Positions 51,065 through 62,031 of a DNA stretch of 64,000 nucleotides are shown here, one piece after another. The notes under the pieces are model-generated. The model was not told the origin of the DNA and ran no database searches. It worked only from the letters and a program-made list of their open reading frames with translations. How positions within the stretch are numbered: the first letter of the stretch is position 1; every line of letters begins with the position of its first letter. The stretch is from Promethearchaeota archaeon Loki_b31. Its GTDB lineage: Archaea > Asgardarchaeota > Lokiarchaeia > Sigyniarchaeales > SOKP01. The stretch covers positions 1 through 64,000 of the forward strand of contig NJBI01000004.1 in assembly GCA_005222975.1 (NCBI GenBank), written 5' to 3'. The translations under genes were made by a program, and so were the position numbers.

Positions 51065-54000
51065 ATGAAGTTTTTGAATCTTAAAAAAAAAAATGAAATC
51101 TTTTTGCTATTGTATATATCTATCTTAGTATTCTCTTCTTTAGGTTCTATAATTACTTTTTACAAATTTACAGATATTGAATCTATCTCTTCAGACAATG
51201 ATACTGAGAATGATCTAAATACTGCTGAAACTTTTATATATACTCTAAATGGTAAGAAATATTTGGCTGAATATATTACAAGAGAAAAAGTAGAAGAAAT
51301 GAAAGAACAAATTGGGGTAATAGATCCTAATAAAAATTATAATCAAATCATTGATGGACACGGCACTGGATACGCACCTCCAACAGAAGAAAGTTTGGAA
51401 AATCTAATTGGAAAAATATCTTTATTACATGAAATCAGAGATCCTTCCCAGCCTTCCGCTTACAGAGCAGCCATAGATCTTTCTGGGCAAATATACTTTC
51501 CTATTGTAGGAGATCAAATGTCACAAGGGTCTTGCTCAGCATGGGCGAACGCTTATTATGCTTATGGATATTTGGAAGCTAAAGATTATGGTTGGGACGC
51601 AAGTTCTGGAAATCCTGATTATTTATTAAGCCCAGCGTGGGTTTATAATAAAGTTGCTGCTTTTGATTACGGCTCTGTACCTAGTCACAACGGTTTACTT
51701 ATACAAGAGTGGGGTTGTGCTACTATGACTACAATGCCTTATAATGATGCTGACGTTGATAGTTGGGGCGATGAACCTGCTTGGAGAGAAGCTCCATATC
51801 ATAGACTTCTTGATTTCACTTTAATGTCCTATGTGGGACCTTCAACGATCGATACAATCAAAAGTTTAATCGATGGTGAAACTCCTGTAACATTTGGTAT
51901 CGACGCATACCAATTTTCGAACGGATTAGACGATTTTACTGAAGATTTTATATTATCTTCTGTAGAATATGATGATAGTGGTTCTCTTAATCATGCACAA
52001 TGCATTGTCGGATATGATGATTCGGTAACAGAAGGTAGTGATGTTGGTGCGTTTAGAGTAGTTAATTCATGGGGAGATTGGATGGATAGCGGTTATTACT
52101 GGTTTACCTATGATGCATTCAATGAAATTGGAGATGTCTTTGGCCAAGAAATTATGTTTTTTTCCGATAGAATAGGTTATAATCCGAGTTTGATTGCCAC
52201 TTGGGAATTTGCTCCTGCACCCACTCGGATGGACGATATTATCACATTAGGAGTGGGGCCACATGATGCACCTTTAGATACAATAACCCCCCATTATGAT
52301 AACGATGAAATTAATTTATTCCCGGAATTTATGGCTTTAGATATCTCGGAGTTCCAATCTTATTATGATTTAAATAATGATGTGTTATTTTATTTAGAAT
52401 TAGGATCATCACACACATCTGGGATAATCTCTTCTTTCCTTATTGAGAGATATATCTCTGGAGCTCTACAAGAAATTACACCCGAGTCACCAGATGTTCC
52501 CAAGACTACTCCCGGATATGTATACGGTACATTCATGGCTTTAGATCATGAATTAAAAGTATATTTGGAGGTTCCAGAAGATCCTAGTATTTACAGCACC
52601 TATATCATTAATGCAACAGTGACTAATACCGGTTTGAACGATGAATATGATGTTGATTTATTGCTATATCTTGATGACGTAATTGTCAATTCAATTACGA
52701 TTCCGAGTTTACTTGTAGGCGCAAGCGAAATAATTAATTATATGTGGACGCCAACCGGATATAAAACCTACAATTTCACTGCTTATGCTCCACCAGTACC
52801 AGGTGAAAGCTTTACATCGAACAATATTCTAACTGAATTAATTACTTTAAGAATAACCATCTTTTTCGAGGATTTTGAAAGTGGATTATCTCAGTGGGAT
52901 ACAATTACAGGTTTATGGCACTTAACGGATGACAGTAGCGCTTGGCCTGATCCCTATCATTCTCCTACGCATTCAATGTGGTTTGGTCAAGAAGCAACAG
53001 GTGATTACGATACGGGGTTCCGGGAAATGGGAGATTTAATTTCAGTACCTATAGATTTATTTGATACTACAGATACTATATTGAATTTTTTCCATTGGAG
53101 AGAAAGTGAACAAGGTTTTGATTATTCATATGTTTATATTTCAATAGACGGTATTAATTGGGATCTTCTTTATAAAACTGATGCTAATATTTTACCGTGG
53201 GAAAAAGTATCTTTAGACATTTCAAAATATGCTGGCAATTCATCCGTGCAACTCAGGTTCTTTTTTGATACGACAGATTCAATTGCTAACAATTATAGAG
53301 GATGGCTAATAGATGATATTGAAATTTTGGGCACAGGTGCTTATGATCACGATTTGAGTGTGTCATTAGAAGTTCCAACTAATCCAGAAATTGATCAGAC
53401 TTACATCATAGATGCGACTGTTATCAATAATGGTGAAAATGATGAAACTAACGTTGATCTATTTTTATACCTTGATGACGTAATTGTCAATTCTATTACG
53501 ATTCCGAGTTTACTTGTAGGCGCAAGCGAAATAATTAATTATATGTGGACTCCAACCGAATATAAAACCTACAATTTCACTGCTTATGCTCCACCTGTAC
53601 CTGATGAAGAATTCATAAATAACAATATCGCAACTGAGATAATACCAATTGTGGATATTAAATTATTCGATGGAATGTTCATCAATTATACTTTCACTAT
53701 TTTTGATACTGTTTACCCTTCAGAGTTTACATACTCCTATGTCTCAGGAAAAATCTTTCATGTTGATTGGCTTATGCCAACCCAACTTCAGTATTGGGAC
53801 GTTGATGCGCAAACAAGAATTATGCAAGGTTCTTCAGGTGGCTTTGCTTTTGGAGATGGATATCATACTCCTATATGGATTTTTACCGATGTATCTTTAG
53901 GTGACGAAATTTTAATTGCTGCCGATGCTGAAGGTGATCATCTTTTCAGCGTAGCAGGCGAATTAATCTATGATCTACCCGGTTTTGGACCGGTAGATGT

Positions 54001-55348
54001 GTGGGTGCTAGAAGATTTAGATCTTCCTGGTGGAGTTGCTTGGTATGAAAAAAGTACTGGAATTCTCTTGAATGGCACGTTTTACTTTTCGGGAGGAGCA
54101 AGTTGGTATACATTTGATTTCGTAGATACTAATGTTGAATTTACTTATATTTCCTTTGATCATGAATTAAGCGTTTCTTTAGATACTCCTGTGAATCCTA
54201 AAATTGGAAATTCCTACATAATCGATGCAACAGTGACTAATGACGGTTTGAACGATGAATATGATGTTGATTTATTGCTATATCTTGATGACATAATCGT
54301 CGAGTCAACCACTATTTCGAGCCTTCCTGTTGGTGCTAGTGAAACTATTAGTTATATGTGGATTCCACCAGATTTTGGATCTTACAATTTTACTGCCTAC
54401 GCTCCCCCTGTGACTGATGAAATACACACTGGAAACAATTTCATAACCAAAATAATACCTATTGTTGATACTAAATTATTCGATGGAATGTATATTGAGC
54501 ATATTTACACTGAATCTAGTTCTGGCCCTTCAATGTTTTCATATTCTTATTACTCAGGTAGTCTATTTATTGAAACTTGGGATATTATGGGATTTTCTAT
54601 TCCATGGTATGTTGATTCTCAGACAAGACTTATGTCAGGTGGGTCAGTTTTTGGTGATGGCACACATACTCCGGCGTGGATTTTTACCGATGTATCTTTA
54701 GGTGACGAAATTTTAATTGCTGCCGATGGTGAAGGCGATCATCTTTTCAGCGTAACAGGCGAATTAATCTATAATCTACCTGATTTTGGACTAATAGACG
54801 TATGGGTTTTAGAAGATTTAGATCTTCCTGGTGGAGTTGCTTGGTATGAAAAAAGTACCGGAATTCTCTTGAATGGAACATTTTACTATTCTGGAGGAAC
54901 ATATTGGTATACATTTGATTTCGTAGATACTAATGTAGAATTTATTTATGCGGTCCCACCCGGTCCTTTCGTATTATCATCTAATGCTGAAACTCCCGAC
55001 GACAATGGTAATTTTGATCTAAATTGGACTGCGTCTGATGGTGCATTGAATTATTTTGTATATCAATATTCTAGTTATATCACTGAAATCAATGGAAGTT
55101 TAACCCTTTTAGGAGATGGAATAACAGATCTTTCTCTTGCTTTGAGTGGTTATACTGATGGAACCTATTACTTTATCGCTGTCGCACATAACGCCTATGG
55201 TGATACTCGATCAAATTGCATCGAAGTTGTTGTTCAAATACCAAGTGATGGAGGAATTCCTGACTACTACTTCATATTTGCAGCAATTGGTATAATTGTA
55301 GTAATAGGTATAGTTATTGCTATAATAATTATAAAACGACGTAAATAA
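51065..55348 (+). CDS. Surface papain-like (C1A) peptidase with CARDB-like repeats and membrane anchor
   Basis: QGSCSAW, NHAQCIVGYDD, VNSWG; three HELxVSL-type repeats; GGIPDY-TM-KRRK tail. Confidence 0.9.
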   Translation: MKFLNLKKKNEIFLLLYISILVFSSLGSIITFYKFTDIESISSDNDTENDLNTAETFIYTLNGKKYLAEYITREKVEEMKEQIGVIDPNKNYNQIIDGHGTGYAPPTEESLENLIGKISLLHEIRDPSQPSAYRAAIDLSGQIYFPIVGDQMSQGSCSAWANAYYAYGYLEAKDYGWDASSGNPDYLLSPAWVYNKVAAFDYGSVPSHNGLLIQEWGCATMTTMPYNDADVDSWGDEPAWREAPYHRLLDFTLMSYVGPSTIDTIKSLIDGETPVTFGIDAYQFSNGLDDFTEDFILSSVEYDDSGSLNHAQCIVGYDDSVTEGSDVGAFRVVNSWGDWMDSGYYWFTYDAFNEIGDVFGQEIMFFSDRIGYNPSLIATWEFAPAPTRMDDIITLGVGPHDAPLDTITPHYDNDEINLFPEFMALDISEFQSYYDLNNDVLFYLELGSSHTSGIISSFLIERYISGALQEITPESPDVPKTTPGYVYGTFMALDHELKVYLEVPEDPSIYSTYIINATVTNTGLNDEYDVDLLLYLDDVIVNSITIPSLLVGASEIINYMWTPTGYKTYNFTAYAPPVPGESFTSNNILTELITLRITIFFEDFESGLSQWDTITGLWHLTDDSSAWPDPYHSPTHSMWFGQEATGDYDTGFREMGDLISVPIDLFDTTDTILNFFHWRESEQGFDYSYVYISIDGINWDLLYKTDANILPWEKVSLDISKYAGNSSVQLRFFFDTTDSIANNYRGWLIDDIEILGTGAYDHDLSVSLEVPTNPEIDQTYIIDATVINNGENDETNVDLFLYLDDVIVNSITIPSLLVGASEIINYMWTPTEYKTYNFTAYAPPVPDEEFINNNIATEIIPIVDIKLFDGMFINYTFTIFDTVYPSEFTYSYVSGKIFHVDWLMPTQLQYWDVDAQTRIMQGSSGGFAFGDGYHTPIWIFTDVSLGDEILIAADAEGDHLFSVAGELIYDLPGFGPVDVWVLEDLDLPGGVAWYEKSTGILLNGTFYFSGGASWYTFDFVDTNVEFTYISFDHELSVSLDTPVNPKIGNSYIIDATVTNDGLNDEYDVDLLLYLDDIIVESTTISSLPVGASETISYMWIPPDFGSYNFTAYAPPVTDEIHTGNNFITKIIPIVDTKLFDGMYIEHIYTESSSGPSMFSYSYYSGSLFIETWDIMGFSIPWYVDSQTRLMSGGSVFGDGTHTPAWIFTDVSLGDEILIAADGEGDHLFSVTGELIYNLPDFGLIDVWVLEDLDLPGGVAWYEKSTGILLNGTFYYSGGTYWYTFDFVDTNVEFIYAVPPGPFVLSSNAETPDDNGNFDLNWTASDGALNYFVYQYSSYITEINGSLTLLGDGITDLSLALSGYTDGTYYFIAVAHNAYGDTRSNCIEVVVQIPSDGGIPDYYFIFAAIGIIVVIGIVIAIIIIKRRK

Positions 55349-55486
55349 TGAAGTGAATACTAAAAAAATCTTAAATTCTTTTTTTTTTCTTATTATTATA
55401 TTGTTTATTTTCTAACTATGTCAGAAATTTAAAATTAAGACCTTGAGACTAAAAATGAATTATGCTAGAAAAATGGCAAAAAAATA

Positions 55487-55681
55487 TCAAAAAAACTGAT
55501 AATGTAAAGTATTTATGTCTAAGTGTCCTCCTGGAATAGACCAATATCCCGCATCGGGATTGTACATTCTTTTAACGAGTAATAAGAATTTATTTCGAAT
55601 CACTAAAACACCTACGCCTACTAAAGGAACAATAGGATAATGCCTTAAGTCAAATGGGTTCAATTCTTTTTCATCCACCAT
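55487..55681 (-). pseudogene. 5' fragment of a Nudix gene (partial duplicate of 44644-45111)
   Basis: 55518-55694 aligns with 44948-45124; similarity stops abruptly at GGHLD. Confidence 0.88.
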
Positions 55682-55835
55682 TTTTAAATAATAAATTAGG
55701 TTATTTTTGTGTTAAACCTATAAAGATAGCATTTAATTATAAATTTCCTTTATAGGAATAAATTTAAAAAGGAAGTGGAGAACTAATTCATACCTTAAAA
55801 GTTGTTTTAAAAATTTTTAAGAGGCGAAATTTTAT

Positions 55836-58400
55836 ATGAAGTTTTTGAATCTAAAAAAAAATGAAATCTTTTTGCTATTATATATATCTATCTTAGTATT
55901 CTCTTCTTTAGGCTCTCTAAATACTTTTTACAAATTTACAGATATTGAATCTACTCTATCCAGTAATGTTGGAAATGATGGAATTTTTACCTATACTAAA
56001 AATGGTTTGGAATATTTTGCAGAGTTTATAACAAAAGAGAAAGTGGAATTAATGAAAAAACAAGTTAGAATCACAGATTACTGTAAAAATTCTAACCAAA
56101 TCATCAATGGGATGGGCACTGGGGCTGAATCTCTAACAGAAGAGGCGTTGGAAAAGATGGTTGGGCAAATTATGATTTTGAATGTGATTAAAGACCCCAA
56201 AAATCCAGTAGATTCGAAAGCATCTTCTGATTTTTCTTCAGAAATCTATTTTCCCCCTGTAAGAAGTCAAGGTAGCCAAGGATCTTGCACCTCTTGGGCA
56301 AGCGTTTATTATTCAATGGGTTATTTAGAAGCAAAAGATTATGGGTGGGATGCGAGTTCTGGAAATAATGCTTATCTGCTGAGTCCAGCTTGGTCCTATA
56401 ATAAACTCACCGATGAGGGGTCAGGTACTAACCATATTGAGACTGGGCTTCTTTTAGAAGAGTGGGGTGCAGCCACTTGGGAAACAATACCATATACAGA
56501 CACTGATTACACTAATTGGGGTAATGAATCTGCATGGAGAGAAGCACCACTCCATAGACCCCTACAATTCAATTGGCTCTCCTACTTGGGAGATCCGACG
56601 ATCACCACAATTAAAAATCTTATCGAGGGGGGAACTCCAGTGACATTTAATATCGATGCTAATGGATATAATCAGGGATTTGTTGATAATTTCATTATAT
56701 CTTCTGCAGAATATTCTTCTAGTACAATCAACCACGCTCAATGCATTGTTGGATTCGATGATAGTATAGCAGATGATGGTGATGTTGGCGCGTTTAGAGT
56801 CGTAAATTCATGGGGCGATAGCTTTGGCGATAGCGGTTTTTACTGGTTGACCTACGAAGCACTAAAAGAAATTGGAGCCCTTGGGGATGGTTATATCCAA
56901 ATAGGATGTTATGATGATAGAATTGATTATGAACCAAGTTTGATTGCTACATGGGAATTTAGCTCTGCTCCCACTCGGATGGACGATATTATCACATTAG
57001 GAGTGGGACCATATGATACACCTTTAGATATGATAACCCCATTTTATGAATTATCTGAAATATATTTATTTCCTGAATTTATGGCTTTGGATATTTCGGA
57101 GTTCCAATCATATTATGATTCGAATAATAATGTATTATTTTATCTAGAATTAGGATCATCAAACACGCCTGGGATAATCTCTTCTTTCCATATTGAGAGA
57201 TATATATCTGGGGTTCTACAAGAAATTACACCCGAGTCACCAGATGTTCCCAGTACTACTCCAGGATATGTAATTGGTACATTCATGGATTTAGATCATG
57301 AAGTAAAAGTAGATTTAGAAGTTCCAACCAATCCAGAAATTGATCAGACTTACACCATAAATGCGACAGTAACTAATACTGGCAGTAACATTGAGACAAA
57401 TGTTGATTTGTTTCTATATCTTGATAGTGTGCTTGTTAATTCAACTACAGTTTCAACTCTTTCTGTTGGTGCGAGTGATACAATTAATTGCGTGTGGACG
57501 CCAACCGAATATAAAACCTACAATCTCACTGCTTATGCTCCACCTGTACCTGATGAGTATTATATTGATAACAATATCAAAACTAAGTTAATACTAATTA
57601 GCTTCCTTCAAAATTATAACATGATACCAGGTTATGATTATAGTTGGATAGACGCTTCTGGTGGAACAGAACTATACTTAAATGATGATGATTATTCGAC
57701 ACAATCTTTACCTTTTGATTTCCAATTCTACAATAAAATCTTTTCAACAATCTATTTAGGATCAAACGGGTATCTTAGTTTCACAGATACTTCTCCGGAT
57801 GAAGCTGGTAATGATCCAATTCCATCGGGAGACCTTGATAATTATTATTTAATCGCTCCATTTTGGGATGATTTACGACCCACTTCTGGTGGTGGAAGTG
57901 GAAATATTTATGTACAATCTTTTGGCACATATTGGGTAGCAGAATGGGAAAATATTGAACATTATAATGGAAATTTAATTGGATCTTTTGAAGTTATCCT
58001 ATATGACTCAGGAGAAATCATCTTTAATTATGATTACATTGATTATGTGGGTGATGGATATACATGTGGATTAAATTTAGGTATAAATATTAGCTATTAT
58101 AATTCATATCAAGGCTTAACAGCTTTAACTGATGATTTTGCCTTACGATTTATTATTGATCCTCAACCCGGTCCTTTCAATCTATCATCTAACGCGGGAA
58201 CTCCCGATAATAATGGTGCGTTTGATTTATTTTGGACAAGTGCAGCAATAGCTATAGATTATTCCGTATATGAATATTCTAGCTATATCACTGAAACTAA
58301 TGGAAGTTTGACCCTTTTAATTGATGGTACGACTGATCATACACTTCCTTTAAGTAGCTATTCTAATGGAACATACTATTTTATTGTTGTCCCTATTTGA
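55836..58400 (+). CDS. Papain-like (C1A) surface peptidase paralog, C-terminally truncated (anchor lost)
   Basis: QGSCTSW, NHAQC, VNSWG; ends TYYFIVVPI* where paralogs continue TYYFIAVAHNAYG...TM. Confidence 0.85.
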   Translation: MKFLNLKKNEIFLLLYISILVFSSLGSLNTFYKFTDIESTLSSNVGNDGIFTYTKNGLEYFAEFITKEKVELMKKQVRITDYCKNSNQIINGMGTGAESLTEEALEKMVGQIMILNVIKDPKNPVDSKASSDFSSEIYFPPVRSQGSQGSCTSWASVYYSMGYLEAKDYGWDASSGNNAYLLSPAWSYNKLTDEGSGTNHIETGLLLEEWGAATWETIPYTDTDYTNWGNESAWREAPLHRPLQFNWLSYLGDPTITTIKNLIEGGTPVTFNIDANGYNQGFVDNFIISSAEYSSSTINHAQCIVGFDDSIADDGDVGAFRVVNSWGDSFGDSGFYWLTYEALKEIGALGDGYIQIGCYDDRIDYEPSLIATWEFSSAPTRMDDIITLGVGPYDTPLDMITPFYELSEIYLFPEFMALDISEFQSYYDSNNNVLFYLELGSSNTPGIISSFHIERYISGVLQEITPESPDVPSTTPGYVIGTFMDLDHEVKVDLEVPTNPEIDQTYTINATVTNTGSNIETNVDLFLYLDSVLVNSTTVSTLSVGASDTINCVWTPTEYKTYNLTAYAPPVPDEYYIDNNIKTKLILISFLQNYNMIPGYDYSWIDASGGTELYLNDDDYSTQSLPFDFQFYNKIFSTIYLGSNGYLSFTDTSPDEAGNDPIPSGDLDNYYLIAPFWDDLRPTSGGGSGNIYVQSFGTYWVAEWENIEHYNGNLIGSFEVILYDSGEIIFNYDYIDYVGDGYTCGLNLGINISYYNSYQGLTALTDDFALRFIIDPQPGPFNLSSNAGTPDNNGAFDLFWTSAAIAIDYSVYEYSSYITETNGSLTLLIDGTTDHTLPLSSYSNGTYYFIVVPI

Positions 58401-59200
58401 TAAGCGTATTCCGAAGTTCTAAAATGTGGTTTAAAAATTAACTTAGTCATATTATTGAGGCTCTTAGAGTCCCAGAGCTCAAAGCTTTTGACGTATGCTT
58501 TAACCTCTTTTTCGCTCCAACTATCTACATGAGCGTGGTAGGTGGCATTAAATTTGATCATAGGAATTTTCTTTCGAGCGCAATTTTGTTTCACCAACAG
58601 GTCAACTGAAGGACCTTTCAACGGATCGGGACAAAATTCGCGCAACGCGATTTCTTCTTGCTCTTGGGCGCTGAAAAGCGAGTTCAAGCTTATATCTGCG
58701 ATACCTTCACAAATGACGATGTAAGGATTGCATTGGAGAAGAATTGCTTGTTCAAAATGGTTGCGCTCGTTAAATAACTTATCTTCTGCCACTACAAATT
58801 GCGTGTGATGTCCTGGATAACACTCGTGCGCGCTAGTTCGCAGAATGCCCGTCCAATACATGCCAAAATCTAGCGTAACGTCTACAATGGACTTAAAGTT
58901 CCCTTGATACCAATTGTAGCTTACCCAATTTATACCGTCCGAAAATAGTATCGGATTCAACTCAATCTGCTCTCCTTTTGGGAGCATATCTGGAAATACT
59001 TCTTTTGTTCTTTCTTCGACGATTTTAACGCCTTTCTTAAACGCTTCTAAGGCTTCTCTTTGGGGGAGTGCCCTCTCTACTCGTAATATTTCCATGCGTT
59101 TTTTTAGCGTACCGCTTACTTCGTACGCCTCGTAAATTTGGTCTTTCAAATCGCTAAGTTCTGATTCTTTAAAAGGTTTTACTTCAAAGTCGCATTGAAT
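58376..59200 (-). pseudogene. Fragment of a DUF885-like metallopeptidase-fold gene
   Basis: AHECYPGHH and EGIA motifs; frame open ~50 nt upstream of the listed start without an initiator, and 3' end fused into the convergent protease gene. Confidence 0.65.
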
Positions 59201-59428
59201 TTATGTTTCTGTATTGGAATGACTTCAATGTATCCCACCTGGGTGATAATAGGATTATTATATCCACCTATATTTAAATGAGAGAACTTTAAATGAGAAA
59301 ATACTTTAATTTTTTCATCTTTTTCATTATATTATAGAGATTAAATGAAATAATTATATTCATTCGACAAAATAAGCGGCAGAAGGTACGAATTTAAAAT
59401 ACGTTTTAACAAGAGAATTTTTGAGGAA

Positions 59429-60337
59429 TTATTTATTTAATTCTTTTCCATACTTAATCCATTTTTCAATTGTTTTAGCTCCAACTCCAGGGACATTATC
59501 TATGATATCATTTACATCACACTTAATTAAATCATCAATTGATTTAATACCATATTTATTTAACTCATATTCGTGATTATATCCTAATCCAGGAAGATCC
59601 TTTAAGTTGTATGTAAGTTTTAAACTCTTTTCAAATTGCTTTAATTCATCTTTTGAAAAATACAAGCTTTTTACCAAATCATTAAGTTCATCGTAATCCT
59701 TTTTTATGAATTTCTTTTCTAGTTTTTTAACTTTATCTACAATTTGCTTTTCTAAATTCGGATCTATATTAACAGGTATGGGTAATTCTTCTAAAAATAT
59801 TTTTTGGATTTTTGAGAATAATTTTTTATAAGAAAACAATGTTGTATAATATAAATTCATGAATTCGGAGTTTAAAATAGCCAGTATAAGTCTAATATTA
59901 TAGGATTTTTTATCTATCATCCAGATCATTTGAACGGAATCAAGAGTATAAAAGTAATCTTCCTTCTTCTCTTTCTTAGTATCTAAGGCAGCAACAAGTT
60001 TATTGCTTATACGTTTTAAAACTATTTTTTCTTGTTTAAACCAAGAATCTTGTTTAAGATTTACTTTAGAACCCTTAGGATAAGTACTTTTACTATAATC
60101 AATGTATTTTTGATAAAAACTTGCTGCTTTCCACTTTATTCTAAACCGTTCTATATTATCAACAGCAATTAACTTTCTTATTGTAGACTTTGTGGATGTT
60201 ATTGCATCTAAGGCATCTTTTTTTTTGAGATTTTCAATTCCTCTTTGTATATTTACTATAGAACTTAATTTAACTAATGTTTTTTGATTTAATTTTATAA
60301 AAATGGATGCAAATACTAAACTCGTTATATTATTCAT
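59429..60337 (-). pseudogene. C-terminal part of a type IIG/TaqI-like restriction-modification protein (target-recognition region) with helix-hairpin-helix tail
   Basis: FKQEKIVLKRI...LVAALD, LLAILNS-type motif (ILAILNS), LEELPIP; LPGLG / VPGVG HhH; methyltransferase motifs absent. Confidence 0.7.
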
Positions 60338-60450
60338 TCGTATTGAAAAAACATTTAGTGGATTATGATTGAAAAACCGTTGTTGAATGTAATGAGGTGT
60401 TATAATGTACTTTGAATAATTACCTTCCTTATCATTCTCTTGTAATTCTC

Positions 60451-61557
60451 TTACAGATGTATTAATAATCTGAATTTTATTTCTTGATCTTGCTTTAGCA
60501 TTTTTTCTGAAAAGTCGGACCTCATAACTTTTAGAGTTTCGAGAATCTTTTTATCGAAAATATCATGGGCAACCATTTCCATTAAATCATTTAATAATTC
60601 GTGTATAATTGTGCTATTATAATCTCGAGTGTTCCTCCTAAAATCTTCAAGAGCCGCATCTAATAATTTTAAAGGATTATGGCTGCGATCCCGACGGTCT
60701 CTAAAAGACATCACCTCATCAAACTCATGAACTATTCTTTCTAAGCGATCCCTATAATGAAATGAATGAGGATGAAAATCTAATGTAACTCTTAGGATGG
60801 GAAAGCGGTCTGTCATATTTCTGAAGTTATGTTCTATTTCTCTTAAACCATCAAAGAATCGTCGGGAAACGTCTTGAAGTCTAGGCAACCGAAATGTGAT
60901 AACTTTTCGTATGAAATTAGCCATTAACTCCTTTTGTTCAATAATTTTTAATTTGGAAGGCTCTTTCTTTAGCTCCCTCATAATTGTTCTCTGAACGTCG
61001 CCGGGATAGTTCTGGATATGTTCTGCCACTATTTCTTGCTTATCTTTCGGTAAATCAGGAACTTGAACAAGCGTCCTCACTGGTAGTTTTATCCTGCCCT
61101 GCTCAATCTTTTTCTGAACAGAATCCTCTATTTTTAACATTTTCAGATAATTTCTTACCGTCTGGATAGACTTTGCTACTTTTGCCGCAACACGTGAAAC
61201 ATCTTCTCCAAGAAGTTTATAAAGTATTCTAAATGACCGCGCTTTATCCAATGGAGTTAAGCCAACTTTATGAATATCTTCCTGAAGAGATATTGCTAAA
61301 GCATCCAGATCGTCAACCTCTTCCAAGATTTTTGCTGGAATTATCTTTCGTCTTAATGATTTAAAGGCCAATAGCCTCCTCTGACCTATGATTAACTCAT
61401 AAAGTTTTTTACATTTTTTAAAAACAACAATATTTTGGAACAAACCATATTTCTTAATACTGTTTGCCAAACCCTCTATATCCAAATCGTCCAAATTTTT
61501 TCTGCAATTAAATTCAGAAACAAAAACATGGTCTACTCTTATATTTTTAACTTTCAT
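60451..61557 (-). CDS. ParB/RepB/Spo0J-family protein
   Basis: LANSIKKYGLFQNIVV, YELIIGQRRLLA, LTPLDKA, HTH VAAKVAKSIQTVRNYL. Confidence 0.88.
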   Translation of the reverse strand: MKVKNIRVDHVFVSEFNCRKNLDDLDIEGLANSIKKYGLFQNIVVFKKCKKLYELIIGQRRLLAFKSLRRKIIPAKILEEVDDLDALAISLQEDIHKVGLTPLDKARSFRILYKLLGEDVSRVAAKVAKSIQTVRNYLKMLKIEDSVQKKIEQGRIKLPVRTLVQVPDLPKDKQEIVAEHIQNYPGDVQRTIMRELKKEPSKLKIIEQKELMANFIRKVITFRLPRLQDVSRRFFDGLREIEHNFRNMTDRFPILRVTLDFHPHSFHYRDRLERIVHEFDEVMSFRDRRDRSHNPLKLLDAALEDFRRNTRDYNSTIIHELLNDLMEMVAHDIFDKKILETLKVMRSDFSEKMLKQDQEIKFRLLIHL

Positions 61558-62031
61558 AATTCAAAATCACGTCAATAAGTTAGTTTTAATAATTTTATTA
61601 AGCCGGAAATTGATTAAATCTAAAATATTAAACTGAATGAGCCTAAGATAATTAGAAATAATAAACAAGAGGATTATGGGGGATATCCTAATACCAACTA
61701 ATCCTTTTACCTCAAATTTCAGACCTTCATGTCGATTCTCCGACATTGTCTAAGGATCATGAAAATCAAGATGAGGAACAATAATCAAGCAATGTTGTCT
61801 GAGCAATAATGAGAATCGAAGGTAACGATAAATATTAGTTTTAGAGTGATACAAATATACTAAATCACATATATAAATTTATCGAGTTTTGCTAAAAATT
61901 TGAATAATTATAAAAGGGGTAATTTTTTTGGTAATACATATGATAAAAATCATATTGGAAAATTTGTGTTTCAATATTATATCAATGTATATTTTTATAG
62001 TTCTTTATTTATAGTAAGTTGTGAATAATAT

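Noticed and set aside
55440-55520. Intron after GGHLD in the Nudix fragment
   Set aside because: No continuation of the Nudix sequence nearby and no BHB; it is a truncated duplicate.
45315-58400. CRISPR array or diversity-generating retroelement behind the repeats in the protease genes
   Set aside because: The repeats are long coding modules without spacer periodicity. No reverse transcriptase is present and I saw no adenine-specific mismatch pattern.
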